DNA of 64,000 bases from NCBI RefSeq assembly GCF_026571515.1, contig NW_026852865.1:1-64000 (forward strand), given 5' to 3'. The number at the start of each line of letters is the position of its first letter. Position 1 is the first letter of the stretch. Below are positions 39,185 to 64,000 of this stretch, in pieces. The notes under the pieces are model-generated. The model did no database searches. It worked only from the letters and a program-made list of their open reading frames with translations, and was not told the origin of the DNA. The stretch is from Ruditapes philippinarum. Its lineage: Eukaryota. The position numbers and the translations under genes are program-made.

Positions 39185-40859
39185 TTTTATAAATGCTCAC
39201 TTATTGTTGACAGACACAAGCTTGCTTATGCCTATTTTTTGGTGACTAATATAGCAAACACACAGTTTTCTTAGCTATCATTAAAATAATTATTGCAAGT
39301 TGAATAGTAAAGTTTATGTTAAAAACTTCCAACTTGCCATTACAAGCATTTGTTTTCTGGCTTACCTGTAATATACGAAGAAATGGGCATTTCTTATTTG
39401 TTTTCAAAACCTATTTAAAAATGTATTTTTTTATTTGAATATTTATCTTATTTTTGTGATTTTATTGGAAAAGAAATTTCACAAAGAAATCTTGTACAAT
39501 CTTGTATAACTGTTTGTACTGTGAAAAAAATGTATATTTCTTTGTTTTAGTAAATAAATCATGTAATTTATAGCATGTTTATAACAGATCTAAAGTGTTT
39601 GAAATATGAAAGGGTTATTGTAAGTAAAGTAAGCTGTTGCAATTCAGGAAATAATACAACTTCTATTCAAGTGTTATTTCTTCAGTCGTCAAAAATGGGG
39701 AATTACATTCAAATCTGCTCTTTTACATGTGCATAGAACATAGCATAAACAATGGCTGTTAATGTATTAATGTTAGAAAGTTGGCTATGATTTCTAGCTT
39801 GTTTGGCGCTGGTGGCGTTCTTGTCATGCAAGAACTTTAATGTAGCACATTATTCAGAAATTTCAAAAGGCGTTGTAAAGTACAACAATACTTGCCTGTA
39901 TATAAATATTGACCTGCATCCAAGTCCTACTTGTTCCACACCGCCTTTCTCCTTTTACAGTTGATCTTCCACACTTCCTTTTATAGTTGAGAGATAATCT
40001 AACAAGGTTATTGAACTTTGATGAAAACAGGCACACAATTTAATTATCTAAAGGTTATTTGTAGATAATATATTTATAATTATCATGTACAGAAATTTTC
40101 TCTCCCATTTTATCGTTGTTATTCCCCTTTGTTTATGGAAGGTATGTCAAATCTGCTTTTTATCTTATCATGTATTTTGCATGCAAGTAAAATTGTTATT
40201 AAATTGCCTGTGGTCATTTTCTCAGATGTGATAAAAAAATTAAATTGGTAGATTTTGTATTGTTGTAGTTGTTTTTCATCTACAAGGTCATTTGATGTGT
40301 CCACAAAATGTCTTTGACCCGACTAATAGGGAATGTCCTAAATATTTATGTTGAATGTAATAATGGAGACAAAAACTGAATGACTTCTAGGTGTCTTAAG
40401 AATGTAGTAGTTACATAATTACATACATACTTTGAACAACTGGTTTATTAGTAGACTCAGTAAATACGTAAATACATAATCAGATTTTTTTTTGGGGGGG
40501 GGGGGGGGGGGGGGGGTATGTCACAACAATTCAGTAAAGGTCATGTGGCGACTTGACTGGTGAAGTTCACTTCTGTGCATTATTGCTCAAATATCACCGA
40601 CGTTTTGTAAGATAGCTGGAAAGATTCCTTTAATGAAATAAATCCATAGTCCCTGTCAGGATTCAAACCAACAGATTTGATTATCATTTGATTTACAAAG
40701 GCTCAGCTCAACAGAGTACTAGAGGCTGGAATTATTAAGAACATGTAATTGCCTGCAAGTTAACTGTACATTTTAAAATATCTCTTACACAAAACAACAT
40801 TTGCAACATAATTATTGCAATTAAATAAAAACGGGAACAATTTGTACAGTCTAAACCAA

Positions 40860-41095
40860 ACATGCTGTGGCATGGCCGAGTGTTTATCACGTCGACTAGT
40901 AATTTCATGATCGCTAGCCGCATGTGTTCGTCCTGGGCAAGTTGTTTCCTTGAGCAAGAAACTTTACACTCGTTACTCAGTACTGGTTGGTTCCAGGAAT
41001 GGATTCGAAAGTGTGTCTATAAGCCTATAGCTTCCTGCACAATCAAACTAAAATAAATTCTGTATAAACCAAACAAACAAAAAAGATAAAGAACA
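40860..41095 (+). mobile_element. tRNA-derived SINE with CORE-like domain; minus-strand copies at ~16745-16900, 27410-27600, 36210-36380
   Basis: tggccgagtg head, ccttgagcaagaaactttacactc..ctcagtactggttggttccagga, (aaac)n tail. Confidence 0.75.
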
Positions 41096-42187
41096 ACAAA
41101 GTCTGAAATTTATTTTAGAAATATAATGTTGATTTTTTATTTCCCCTAACCATAATTTACATATATTAAAATACTGTGCATTAAAATAACAATTTGGTCT
41201 CATGAAAAAGCAAAGATCACATGGTTTTGTACAACAATAACATCATAACAATCTCATGCAAATCTAAAACAAGCAGTCACAAACAGTTCTAGTGACTATT
41301 CTAAAAGCTTGACAGTGAAACAGGGATTGTGCGGAGTTATCTTGGAAATAATGAAATTGAATTTTCATATCAAGTCTAAAAATTCTAAAGTAAAATTCTA
41401 AACTTGAATTATGGATCTTGTTAAGTGACTTTAATCTATATGTAATGTCTTAGGTTTGTTGGATTAGTTTGAAAATTAACTCAAAATTTCTGTTGTCAAA
41501 AAGGTATAGTTAGTCATTTTGGCCACAAATTTCTATTATCAGAAGGTGAATAATTGTGTAAAAAGTTCAAGACAGAGTTGGTCAGTCTTCTATCAGGATG
41601 ACCAAAAGACGTCAATGAAATTTTACAGTTATAAAGAATTAAAGCCACAAATTAAACATAAACCAAGTGTTCCATCTCTGCCTATTCTGACGCCAAAGTA
41701 AGACAGCTCACTTAGTCATTAAAAAAAACAACAAACGAGTTAAAAAGTTGATCCCAGTACTGGCAATGGATCTCATTCACACCCTTATGATATGGCATCT
41801 GACATTTGTACCACAGATATAAATTATAAGACTAGAAAATCTTCACAAAATTTAAGACAATTATGACTCAACTAGTTTATAATCTGATGGCGTAAAAAAG
41901 TTAATTTTCAAAAAAGACTGTGTACAATCAAATTAGTTTTTTCCAAATATGTCAGGACTAGAGATAACCAGTCTGTAAGATAGAATAGTTATACTCTCTT
42001 GATAAGCCATCTGGCTTGTTTCTTTGTGATGACTAGTCCTGATATATACATAGCAAAGGTTCAGTTACATCAATTAATGAATTAATGATTGACACATCAA
42101 TCAATCAATCAAATCAACTAATTAATTAATTAGTAGAAAACAGCTAATCAATCATAAGCAGGTATGGTTCAGTAAAATTTGTAATAA

Positions 42188-43714
42188 CAGGCTGTCCAGC
42201 ACCCTCTGACAAAAAATTAGGGCAAATTTTAGGGCAATTTTTAAGAAATTTTAGGGCTAAAATTAGGAATTTTAGTGCAAGTAAAAGAAATTTTAGGGCT
42301 ATAATTTGGAATTTTATAACTAAAATATGGCCCCAAAAGACCATGATTTGGGCTCAACTTTGCATATTTGATACAAAAGTAAGTAACTCACAAATAATGC
42401 TCTAGTTCAGTTATAACTAAAGTGTCTACCAGTGTTCCATAGTCAACCGTGAATAAATAGATTCACTGGTCAACTGCCTTTAACTGCCTTAGATCTATGA
42501 ATAAGAGCTGAAAAACTTTACTACATTAAAACATAACTAGAATGAAAACTTTTTTAAAGTTATGTAAGTATCCCAGAACAACCAATATTCAATTAGTTAA
42601 GCTGTAATTTGCCAATAGTAAATGGAAGGAGAAACTATGCTTTAAATTTATTGTAGCTATAAATGCATAAAAAATTTATCATCAATTATTCATTTTGAGA
42701 TTGGTACAGTTTGAACAAGTCTTGATCTTTCTTAAAAAAACAATTAAAACAATATAACCCACTCAGGTCATTCCCAGGAATACTCTAATATAAATTCAAA
42801 CAGCAGGGTATTCACCACTAAAGAATTTAATTAAACTAAAAATTGTAGAAAATTACACAACAGAGTCAATCTATGCAATATTTTTAACAGTGTTTTTTTC
42901 CAGATATAAAAAAAACATACACTTAATGTTATAACATATTTACAGTACATTGCATTAGTATGACTAATGTTAATGTGTACAAAAAGGGCAGCTGGAGGTG
43001 TCACTTCTTAGAACACTAATTGGGGTGCAAAATGGTAAAAGCATCCAATCATTACTGCCACTTTACCTTACCCACTTTATAATATTACCAAATATGAAAA
43101 CTTGTCTAAATCTGCCAGCTGGTATCACATACAAAAGATCTAATTTTTACAGTCATCACTTGAAAATAACTTGATTACAAATTAAGATTTTATTAAAAAG
43201 GTCCCCTGCATAAAGTCTGATGAAATTTTGTGGTTCATCATGTAAATTATAGTTGCTTTGAATACACCTAAGACTAAGGTAAATGGTAAAAACTCTGTAG
43301 CAAATAAAAAATATAACTTGCTTGGAAATTTTTTTATCTCTATTTCAAACAAGTGACCATTTTGATATAGTCAAAGTCGGATAATTTTCATTGTTCCATT
43401 TAAAACAAACAGTTTCTTATTATTTTTCTGATAACACCTGGCAATAAATCAAGTATGACATTTCTGCAGGAGTTGAAGTAAATACAAGTGACTTTATGCA
43501 ATTTAGTCAGATATGACATCAGCACCATTGACTGTGTTAAAATTTAGATTGTGATTGAAAAATGGTTGAAACAAAAGATAAAAAAATAGGAATTTCAGTG
43601 AAAAAATAGGGCATTTTTAGGAATTCCCTTTGAATTTTTCATTTTTTTAGGAATTTTAGCCAAACTGAAAAAAATTAGGATTTTTTAGGAATTTTAGGGA
43701 CGCTGGACAGCCTG
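42188..43714. mobile_element. 1.5-kb non-autonomous TIR DNA transposon
   Basis: Perfect 13-bp TIR caggctgtccagc / gctggacagcctg, flanked by taataa on both sides; subterminal aattttagg(g) arrays; no transposase ORF. Confidence 0.85.
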
Positions 43715-45255
43715 TAATAAATAAACAATTTATCAATGACATTTCTAACAGTTTCAAATTTTTTTACAAAGACAAAGAAGGAAAAATTTAACTAGGGAAC
43801 AAATCCCCCCCCCCCCCTTCTTTTCCAATGTAAAAATTGAAGAAACTATGGAAAATGTAATTTATTGACCAATAAGCAAAAATAAAGCAATTATCTTTAA
43901 TTACAGACTACACAGGTCTGTGACATGGGACTGTTTTGGCAATATTTCATACTGTCAACTGCTCTATGCTACATTTAAAAAAAATATTGTATTATGGAAT
44001 AACATTTTTACCAGAAAAGTCATCAAAGTCTGAAAAATTGTGAATCTAATTAAAACAAAACAATTACACAGTCACTACATTTTCACAATGGGTAACAATC
44101 AGATAATGTAAACAACATTTAACACTTATAAAAGACTTTTTGCTCACATATAAATGACATACATGTATTACACATAATAATTTATTTCATACTTCTGTAA
44201 ACATAATTTTTTCAGATTTTAAAAACTTACTTTCTATGTAAATGACTTCAATGAAATTTAAAAGCAAAATGGCAACTTCATGTAGAAATGACTCCTTTTT
44301 TCATGTAAATGACAAACAATATTTCATAAAAATTATGAATAGCTTACTTCATTTTTCATATTATAACACTTCACATGTAAACGGAAACAGTACCCTCCTT
44401 AAAGTTCAAATTACAGCATACTTGTTTGACAATTTTTTCAAACTTTTATTTCCATGAAATGTATGTATACAACATTTGATTATTGTTTTATCAAGCATTT
44501 ATACAACATTATTATTAAAGTTTTTTGCAAAAAATAAAATAATATGTAAGATTTTGTACAATTTCAATGCAGCAAAAACAGAAAATTACATCCAAACATG
44601 AAAATGAGACAAATATGAGCCGATTAAAAATAGCACTTGTTATACAACCAAAGTATTGGCTTACCAGTATTAAATCTTAAAATACAGGACTTTCTTCCCC
44701 ATTTATATACAGCCAGACAGTGTGGCCTGACTAAACTACTGGTATGTAGTACTGCCTAACCAAATTCCAAGTTTTCAGATTTCCCCAAAATTGATAATGG
44801 GACAGTTCCAAAAATAGTACCTGGACAAGTCAACTTAGAAATGTTGCTGAATAAGAATTAAAATATGAACACTCATTTCTCCCCAAAAAAAGATAATGGG
44901 ACAGTGCCAAAAAATAGTACCTGGACAAGTCCACTTTAGAAATTCTGTAGAATAAGAGTAAAGATATAAACATTGACAGATGTCCTATACAATAATACAT
45001 AATACAGTTTAAAGCTCACTCACAATATAAACCTATATGATCTTGAGACAATACTTGAGATGGAATGTGATGCTAGTAAATGGGTAGTTACAACATTCTA
45101 AATGAAGAAGCAAATCTATGCTAGACTAGACTTTGTGTATTTTGGGTAGTTTAAAATGAAACCCTGTTAACAAGTGACATTCTATTTATTCATGCACAGT
45201 AAAATAAAAGAACTTTTAACTAAGTAGAAGTTCATACCAAGGCTGTGAAATTTAA

Positions 45256-45454
45256 CCCTTAACCTGCTGAAATTTCTTAAATGGACTTGTCCAGTTTCAT
45301 TTATTTGGAACAGTCCATTATCAATTTTGGGAATATTGAGATGAAAATTAACTTACAGAGCCTGGTTAACCTGAAAGGAATGCACAGATGGCAGACTTGC
45401 CTGGTTCTATACTGGTGGCTAGGTTAATCAATATCAGTTCCAGCAGGGTAAGGG
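45256..45454. mobile_element. 199-bp TTAA-flanked MITE; degenerate relatives near 2680, 7390, 9115, 14690, 29940, 44700, 52640
   Basis: TIR cccttaacctgctg / cagcagggtaaggg (13/14 match), TTAA on both sides. Confidence 0.8.
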
Positions 45455-48400
45455 TTAAAGGGATAACACTCGGTTTCTCAAATATCATTCTACATGAGCA
45501 AATTTGCAATTTGGACAATAAACTATAAGTAAGTTAATTGAATTAAAACAATAATTTGTATTTAAATATCCTTCTAGCTAATACAATCACTACATTAAGT
45601 CTAAACAATTTGAAATGTGAAATATTGCAGTGTAAAAGTTTCAATTTCATCTACATGTTTAATAAGTTTGAATGCACCTATTTAATAATTACGCTTTTAT
45701 TTTTTTAGCAGTTAAATTATTTGTCAGAAGTATTTGCTATTTTAAGACAAATATCACTGAATCCTGATACCAATGTATAAAATTCATGTTATCAAACATG
45801 AGTTTACAGAAGCCTATTGCATATCAAATATCAATAGAAGAATTAGCTGTTTTGTTTCTGCTGCCTTCATTTATTTTGATCTACAACTCCAAGTACAATT
45901 TAATTAAATCATTCTCAATGATGCCATTGCTCAGTTTCATTTCAAACCCCTTATATATGGCCTTAAAGTATGACCAGGGGCTTCAAGAAAATAAAAAAAT
46001 AGACCAGTCTCATATCGCACTCTGTCATTGGTCAATTCAAAACTTGTGCCCAGAATCAGCAAATCATATGCGGTAGTTATAGACTGGACTCCATAATGAA
46101 GTTTTGTATAATTAAAGAGATGCATGATTAACAAAACAATGGCTAATGAAGGAAACAAAATATACAAATATGAAGTGAAAAATAACATACATATATCACT
46201 AACACTTATAGAAGCTGTTTTAACAGTGCCTTACAATATGGCTTCAGATTTTTAATATAAAACAACAATTTGTAAAACAATCTCAAAATATTCAAGTGGT
46301 ACACCACATGCAATTTTAAGACTGATTAACCAATTTTGTTTAATTAAAAGAAAATCCTGTCCATGCCTGTAATCAAGAACCCAATATACAGTATCAAAAA
46401 TGCTTAAATGTACAATAGTAAATATAATAAGTTTTAGCATTGTTAATAAATAATACTTATTTCTACAATAATTTAATTAAATTGTGCTCTTTTGAACACT
46501 ATTACAGCATTTACAATAAATAATGTTTGTGCTTTTTAAAGCACCTAAAGTAACTTTTCTATTATTAACACAGTAATTTAAGCATCTGAAATAAATACAT
46601 TGTAGTGCTTATTTGGAAACATACATTTTAGATTTTGAATTATTTATATTTATGTTAAATAGAACCTAGGAACAAGATCCAAGCAAATCAAAGTTTCAAA
46701 TCTTGTTTTATTGGAGCCAAAGAAAACGTTTTTTTCATAATTGAAGTCTATATATAAATTTAGTGTTATTCAACCTGGGCACAAAAGGACTGAATTACTT
46801 ATATTGACTTACATTACAGGTAAGTTTGCTGCCTAAAAAAACCCCCAAAACAATGAATATTTCCATTATATATATAATATAACAATATAATCATAATTTA
46901 TCTGACTAGCTAATGTCATGAGAAAATTTCAACATCAAAATATTCCTATCTCAATTCCGTCCAACTGTTAAACCTGCTTTAAAAGTCCACCTTTAGATAC
47001 CATAACAACTGATCTCTTAAATAATGTTGTTTTACCACTTGTACTCAGAAAATTTTCCATTTAAAAAAAATTCTGGACTTAAAAAAAAAGGGCTTGTTTC
47101 CATGGTTACAGTATTTTAGAAAGATGGTCTCTCTTGTGAAGGTTGTAATACTTGTATAAGAAACCAATTTAAGTTCTCACATAATAAATATCCAAGTAAA
47201 AACATACACGGACAATGACAATACAAAAGGACGATACTGAGATTTTCTGTAGCAAAGGCCAGTAATAAAACATGGTTTGTTCCCTGTCTCCTGACATAGT
47301 CTACTAATTCTTTATTAAAGTCTGTGGCACAAAACCTTTAGGCATAAGAAAATGTTCTCTATAAAATGTACAAATTAGATTTTTTCCAGATCAAATTTAG
47401 GGAATTAGAAAATAACATTATTGCATTTTAAAACTAAACAAAATAAATATGCAAAAAAAGAATAATCTTCCGTAGTGTCAAAGGACAGCAAACAAACTTT
47501 TTTAACCTGGCCTGCATTGACATGTCTAATTACAAGTATGACACCACATGTTAAACTATGATAATGAAACCAACCATGTTCATGATAGTATAAATATGAA
47601 CACTAAACATTGGCAGTTTTTACATATTTTTCAGTTTGACATGTACACTATGAAGCACTATAGAAGTACAGGAAACTCAGCAAGTTTTGAAAATAATCTA
47701 ATCATATCATCATGCTTTAACAGTTTGGGTCTTATGATAAAAATATTTTAACTATTGCCATTTTCTGCCATTGATATATTTTTATTTCAGGTGTAAAGCC
47801 CATTTTACTAAGATATTTTCAAAATTTTATGCATTTTCTTAAAAATGCCTATGCAGCCTAAATAAAATCACAAATAACAACTGAATATATGTCATACCTG
47901 GCAGTGACTTTGACCTTTTGTGCTCCAAGTGAATCTAGAGGGCGATTTGGAGGCTGTTGGTAGCAGAACTTTCCTAAATGGTCAAGGTTGGTCAGGTTTA
48001 AATATTCTGTCACAAACCATCTAACAAATGGACAGACGGTTTAAAAAAAAAACATGCCCTCCGCATGTATGTAAAACATAAATTTTGGCACCATTAAATG
48101 AAGAACATTTTATTAGGTTATAATTTTTTAATTATTGTAACAATAAAAGTCTTTTCTCTTAAAATTATGGTGTTTAAGTTTAACAGTGACAAAAGCATGA
48201 AACTAAGTTAAACCACAATTGAGTCTGCTTCAAGGACATTACTCACATTGGTGTAACATGAGGAAACTGGTCCATGACCCTAAGTTGGACTTAAACCCAA
48301 AATCGCTACGAGTGAGAGGCCAAACTCAAAACCACCAGCCCTCATCTTTCCTTTTAACCTGTACACAAAAATGAGGAGATATGAAAACTTCATTCCCCCA

Positions 48401-49174
48401 ACAACTTGTCTCCCTTCTCCACACTGCATATGCTGGGCAGGAAAATGACTTTATCTCTTTTCATTCAAAACTGTGATAGGTGGAAAAAATCTGAATTTAA
48501 AAAAAACTTATATACAAAATGCAGAAAATGCGGTTATTATTAAAACACACCAATGTCAAAAATGCAATATGCAATGACCTAAGTAGCACTTTACAGATGA
48601 TGTTTTCAACTTAACTTCTTTAACAGCTGATGAATAATGGTAAATGCATATCCCGAATTATGTGCTTGAAAAATTAGTATTTCATTCCAAACCCTTGCGA
48701 AAGTTTTGTCATCAATTTCTCACATCTTTCATGTCTTACATATACCTTGTGTATCAAGTGCATTTCTCAGATCTTAAACTTCATTTCAAAGTTGGAAAAA
48801 ATTTCTTAAAAAGGCATACAGTTGCTAAAATTGGTATTTTTTTGCTAAAAAAATGGTATTCTGTTGCTAAAACTGTCAAACAGATGCTAAAACCTTTAAT
48901 AGATTCCAACACTAGCATACCATCATTAAATCTGTCAATGTTTGTTAACCATTGAATATATCGATACGCTAAAACTGTTGAATAGATGCTAAAACTAGCA
49001 TAATGATGCTATATATTTAGCAGGAAAGAAAAACAGATAAAATCGTCTTTTGGTCAGAGACTGTAGAACTTCTCTTGAACTTTCATCTTGCACTGTTTCT
49101 CGTCCATATTGCACCATTCAAATTTGTCACGTAAAAAACTGTCACCATTTTCTTTATATTGTTGTTGTGAAATG

Positions 49175-61214
<12,040 letters not shown>

Positions 61215-61262
61215 CCTTTCTTTTAAATAATCTGCTGTAGTTATTAAAAAATCATTAATTTT

Positions 61263-61320
61263 TCAGTCAAAACATTTTAAGGAAACAGCTGTCGTGGCCG
61301 GTTGTTATTTCTAGGATGAA
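61263..61320 (+). other. Predicted short 5' leader exon of NADK2
   Basis: Inr-like TCAGTC at 61263-68, donor GAA/gtaaga at 61321; matching acceptor with branch point tactaat, pyrimidine tract and cag at 61628-30. Confidence 0.5.
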
Positions 61321-61494
61321 GTAAGAAGTTTTCCGCATGATTTTCCATCTATATTTATAGCAAAAAATTCGAATGAAAATTTGTGTAAAAGAGGAAATAA
61401 TTATATACTGATGATATAAAATATTACAAAATGAATATTTCATGAAATTCATTTATCCTTTTTAATATCATAATTAAAAACTTAATACAATTAC

Positions 61495-61555
61495 CTCTAA
61501 GTTCGAAACAAACATATCAGCTTTACTTGTAAACTCCAATATGGAAGGAAAGTGA
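61495..61555 (-). other. Predicted short 5' leader exon of SLC30A7
   Basis: Inr-like TCACTT (minus strand, 61555-61550), donor GAG/gtaatt at 61494; NAGNAG acceptor (cagcag, 61237-61232) just upstream of the ATG. Confidence 0.5.
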
Positions 61556-61664
61556 AACTTCGCAACTAAAATAAAAATATTTTCAATTATATTTTACTAA
61601 TTTTGCTTTGTCAGCTCTATTTCTTTTCAGTGAACGGTGATCTGCAATATTGAACGTATTTTCA

Positions 61665-61931
61665 ATGAATAAATTGGCAATTTTACCTCACCTTACCAAC
61701 AAATACACATCTTTTGCTGGTGCTTTAAAATTTGTAAAAACTAGCAAGAATTTTTACTATGTGGATAGGCCAGCAGGTTGTAGATGTATGGCAAGCAAAT
61801 GTGAGCGATTTGGCGATGAGGATACTGCAACTTTTAAACCAAGAAGAGTAGTTATATTATCGCGCATAACCAGATATGAATTTGAAAAACTACGCCACAA
61901 AGATTCTACAGAGGAGCAATTCAAAAGCAAG
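61665..61931 (+). CDS. NADK2: Mitochondrial NAD kinase 2, first coding exon (89 codons; the rest lies downstream of the window)
   Basis: FKPRRVVILSRITRYEFEKLRHKDSTEEQFK resembles the NADK2 motif FRPSRVVVVAKTTRYEFEQQRY as recalled; basic, acid-poor N-terminus; donor AAG/gttaga at 61932. Confidence 0.85.
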
Positions 61932-62119
61932 GTTAGACTTCAAATGCTAGGACAATAGCAAAGAGTATAGCTCCCAAACCATCACAATCTCATGATATAT
62001 AATGGATGTAAATATTCGGGTGCCCTTGTTTTGCCAGATTCACAAACTTTTTAAAATTCAATTTTTATTGTAACAGAAAAAAATTAACATGTATGTAGAT
62101 CTGTTTGTGAGATCTTAAT

Positions 62120-62680
62120 TTTCCCTCTCTTTTTTAAAGAAAAAAGGGGATATAGAAATGTCCTTATCTGTCCATCTGATTGTCTGTCACACTTTTGTGT
62201 CCGGTCCATAACATTGAAATAACTTGGCACAATGTTTGTAATAATAAGACAATGTGGACACCCGGACCCCTACCTCCAAGATCAAGGTTATAATTGGGGG
62301 TCAAAGCTTAACATTGTCCATTATACAGGTATATTTTGTGTCCAGTATATAACTTTTTCATCAATAAAGGAATTTTAAAATAACTTTGCACAAATGTTAA
62401 CAAAGATAAGACAACATGTCATGTATGTCACAGGGTGAGAAAAATGTGCAGCCTGACTGGGACTCGAACCCAGGACCCTCTGAACATCATACCTACTGAG
62501 CTATCCAGCGGCATACACATCATCTTCCCTAAATAGTGAACAGTTCTGAACTGATTGAGCTATTCGGCCGCTTACATATCGCTCCCCTAAGTAGTGAATA
62601 GTTCTGAACCGAGACATGCGCAACACCCAGACCCCTACCTCAAAGGTCAAGGTCACACTTGGAGGTCAAAGCCTCAAAAG
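62120..62680 (+). mobile_element. Degenerate Helentron-type remnant interrupted by a minus-strand tRNA-SINE-like fragment (~62430-62615)
   Basis: (gtct/gtcc) patch, aacttggcacaatgtt..aataagacaa, caaggtca boxes; gggactcgaacccagg is a reverse B box. Confidence 0.55.
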
Positions 62681-63325
62681 TTCTGTTACAGTGTATGATG
62701 CCAAGCCAGGCCATTCAAATAAAATGTCATTGCTGAATTGCCTACATACCTTGATTGATGAAAAAGTTACAGACTGGACACGAAACATACCCATGTAACA
62801 GACCATTCCCCATCACATACCCATGTATTGATTTTGTTTAATTCCCATTTTGTGGCTTTGAAATAGTAATAACTATACAAATGTATTTTTGTTGAAACAT
62901 TTACAGTTATTTCATTATATTTCTTTAATGAGTTTATTGTTACTTGTGCAGATCTAGCATTGATCAAGATTTTGCATTGGAAGTCCAGATTCATACCTCA
63001 TTCGTTTGAAATACCACAATTTTGAGCTTCACGAAAACTTCCCTTAGATGGGGAACATTGGCAACTCTGTTACAAATTCTTGTATTACTTGTTTTGTATT
63101 ATTTTGCTATTCCTTTTATTAAAATAATAATTTTGAGCGAATAACATTGATATTTTAATCATTTTTTAATGGGAATACCTTTAGGTCTGTCTGCTGTCAT
63201 GTGACAAATTGGGCCTCTAAATGGACCCCGTGGGATTATGATTTAATACTTCAGTAAATATATTGAGTACAGGGATGCATTTTCCAAGATGACCTTTAAA
63301 TACCAAGTTCTTTAGAGAGAGACTA

Positions 63326-63622
63326 AAAAATGTGTTGGAGCACCATATCTGATAAATTCCATATTTCAGTATCTACCGATAAGGCCCTTGAATAATTATA
63401 TGCTAAAATCTCACCTTTCAACCTGCCGAAATCTTATTAATCTCTTCACATTGTTAACATACCAACTGTTGGTATGTTAACAATGTGAAGAGATAAATAA
63501 GATGCCTTAAAGTGTATTTCGGCAGGTTGAAAGGTGAGATTTTAGCATATAATTATTCAAGGGCCTTATCGGTAGATACTGAAATATGGAATTTATCAGA
63601 TATGGTGCTCCAACACATTTTT
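63326..63622. repeat. 297-bp near-perfect inverted repeat (fold-back)
   Basis: Arms 63326-63466 and 63468-63622, 1-nt spacer, one 14-nt indel and one mismatch seen. Confidence 0.95.
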
Positions 63623-63648
63623 CATTCATGTTGAACATGAATGAAAAA
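63618..63648. repeat. 31-bp perfect palindrome
   Basis: tttttcattcatgtt-g-aacatgaatgaaaaa. Confidence 0.92.
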
Positions 63649-64000
63649 TTTAATATTCAGTGAAAAAAGTGATATGTTTCTACTTTGTGATTGTGAACAT
63701 GATTTCTGCAAGTGTCTAGAACTACAGCTCTAGCAATGTGATGAGTTAAATCCAGTTGTTTACATTAGCAATGTACATTATTTTCAGAGTCTTATAACTT
63801 AATGAATGACAAAGAAAACAGAAAATAGGGTAAAAATACTGGTTTAATACATGAAAATACTTCACATTTATTGAACTCATAAATAAAATGTCTGTGTTTT
63901 TCCTTTACTGTGATGAAAACAGGCCTGACCATGATCCCAAGCAGTTATTGCTTGACAAAGTAAATTAGCGATGCTGAGTCTGTCCATATGCTGGGCTGTA

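Noticed and set aside
40494-40517. Long poly-G run
   Set aside because: Simple homopolymer near a SINE tail; length unreliable and no evidence of function.

Overview
AT-rich, intron-rich eukaryotic genomic DNA, not prokaryotic. The repeat families look like those of bivalve molluscs, which is an inference. Three protein-coding genes can be spliced by hand with consistent GT-AG phases. (1) The last nine coding exons of the Notch E3 ligase mind bomb 1 (MIB1, + strand, 19824-35146), preceded by at least 19.8 kb of intron. (2) A complete 11-coding-exon zinc transporter ZnT7/SLC30A7 (- strand, 61214-49175, 367 aa). (3) The first coding exon of mitochondrial NAD kinase NADK2 (+ strand, 61665-61931), head-to-head with ZnT7. 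Most of the supplied ORF track is spurious (repeat- or intron-derived). The non-coding DNA holds Helentron-type non-autonomous elements with 156-164 bp tandem arrays (one set nested), tRNA-derived SINEs, TTAA- and TA-type MITEs, TIR elements and minisatellites. Best leads: (a) ZnT7 and NADK2 5' ends appear interdigitated, each with a short leader exon inside the other's first intron and a uORF spanning the splice junction; (b) a ~297 bp near-perfect palindrome abutting a second 31 bp palindrome in an NADK2 intron; (c) the large MIB1 intron seems positionally orthologous to the vertebrate antisense miR-1/miR-133 host intron, although the miRNAs were not seen here; (d) a SINE copy with a swapped 3' tail; (e) Helentron-type shells with the same termini but different internal repeat units. 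No clearly new protein-coding system is demonstrable from the sequence alone.
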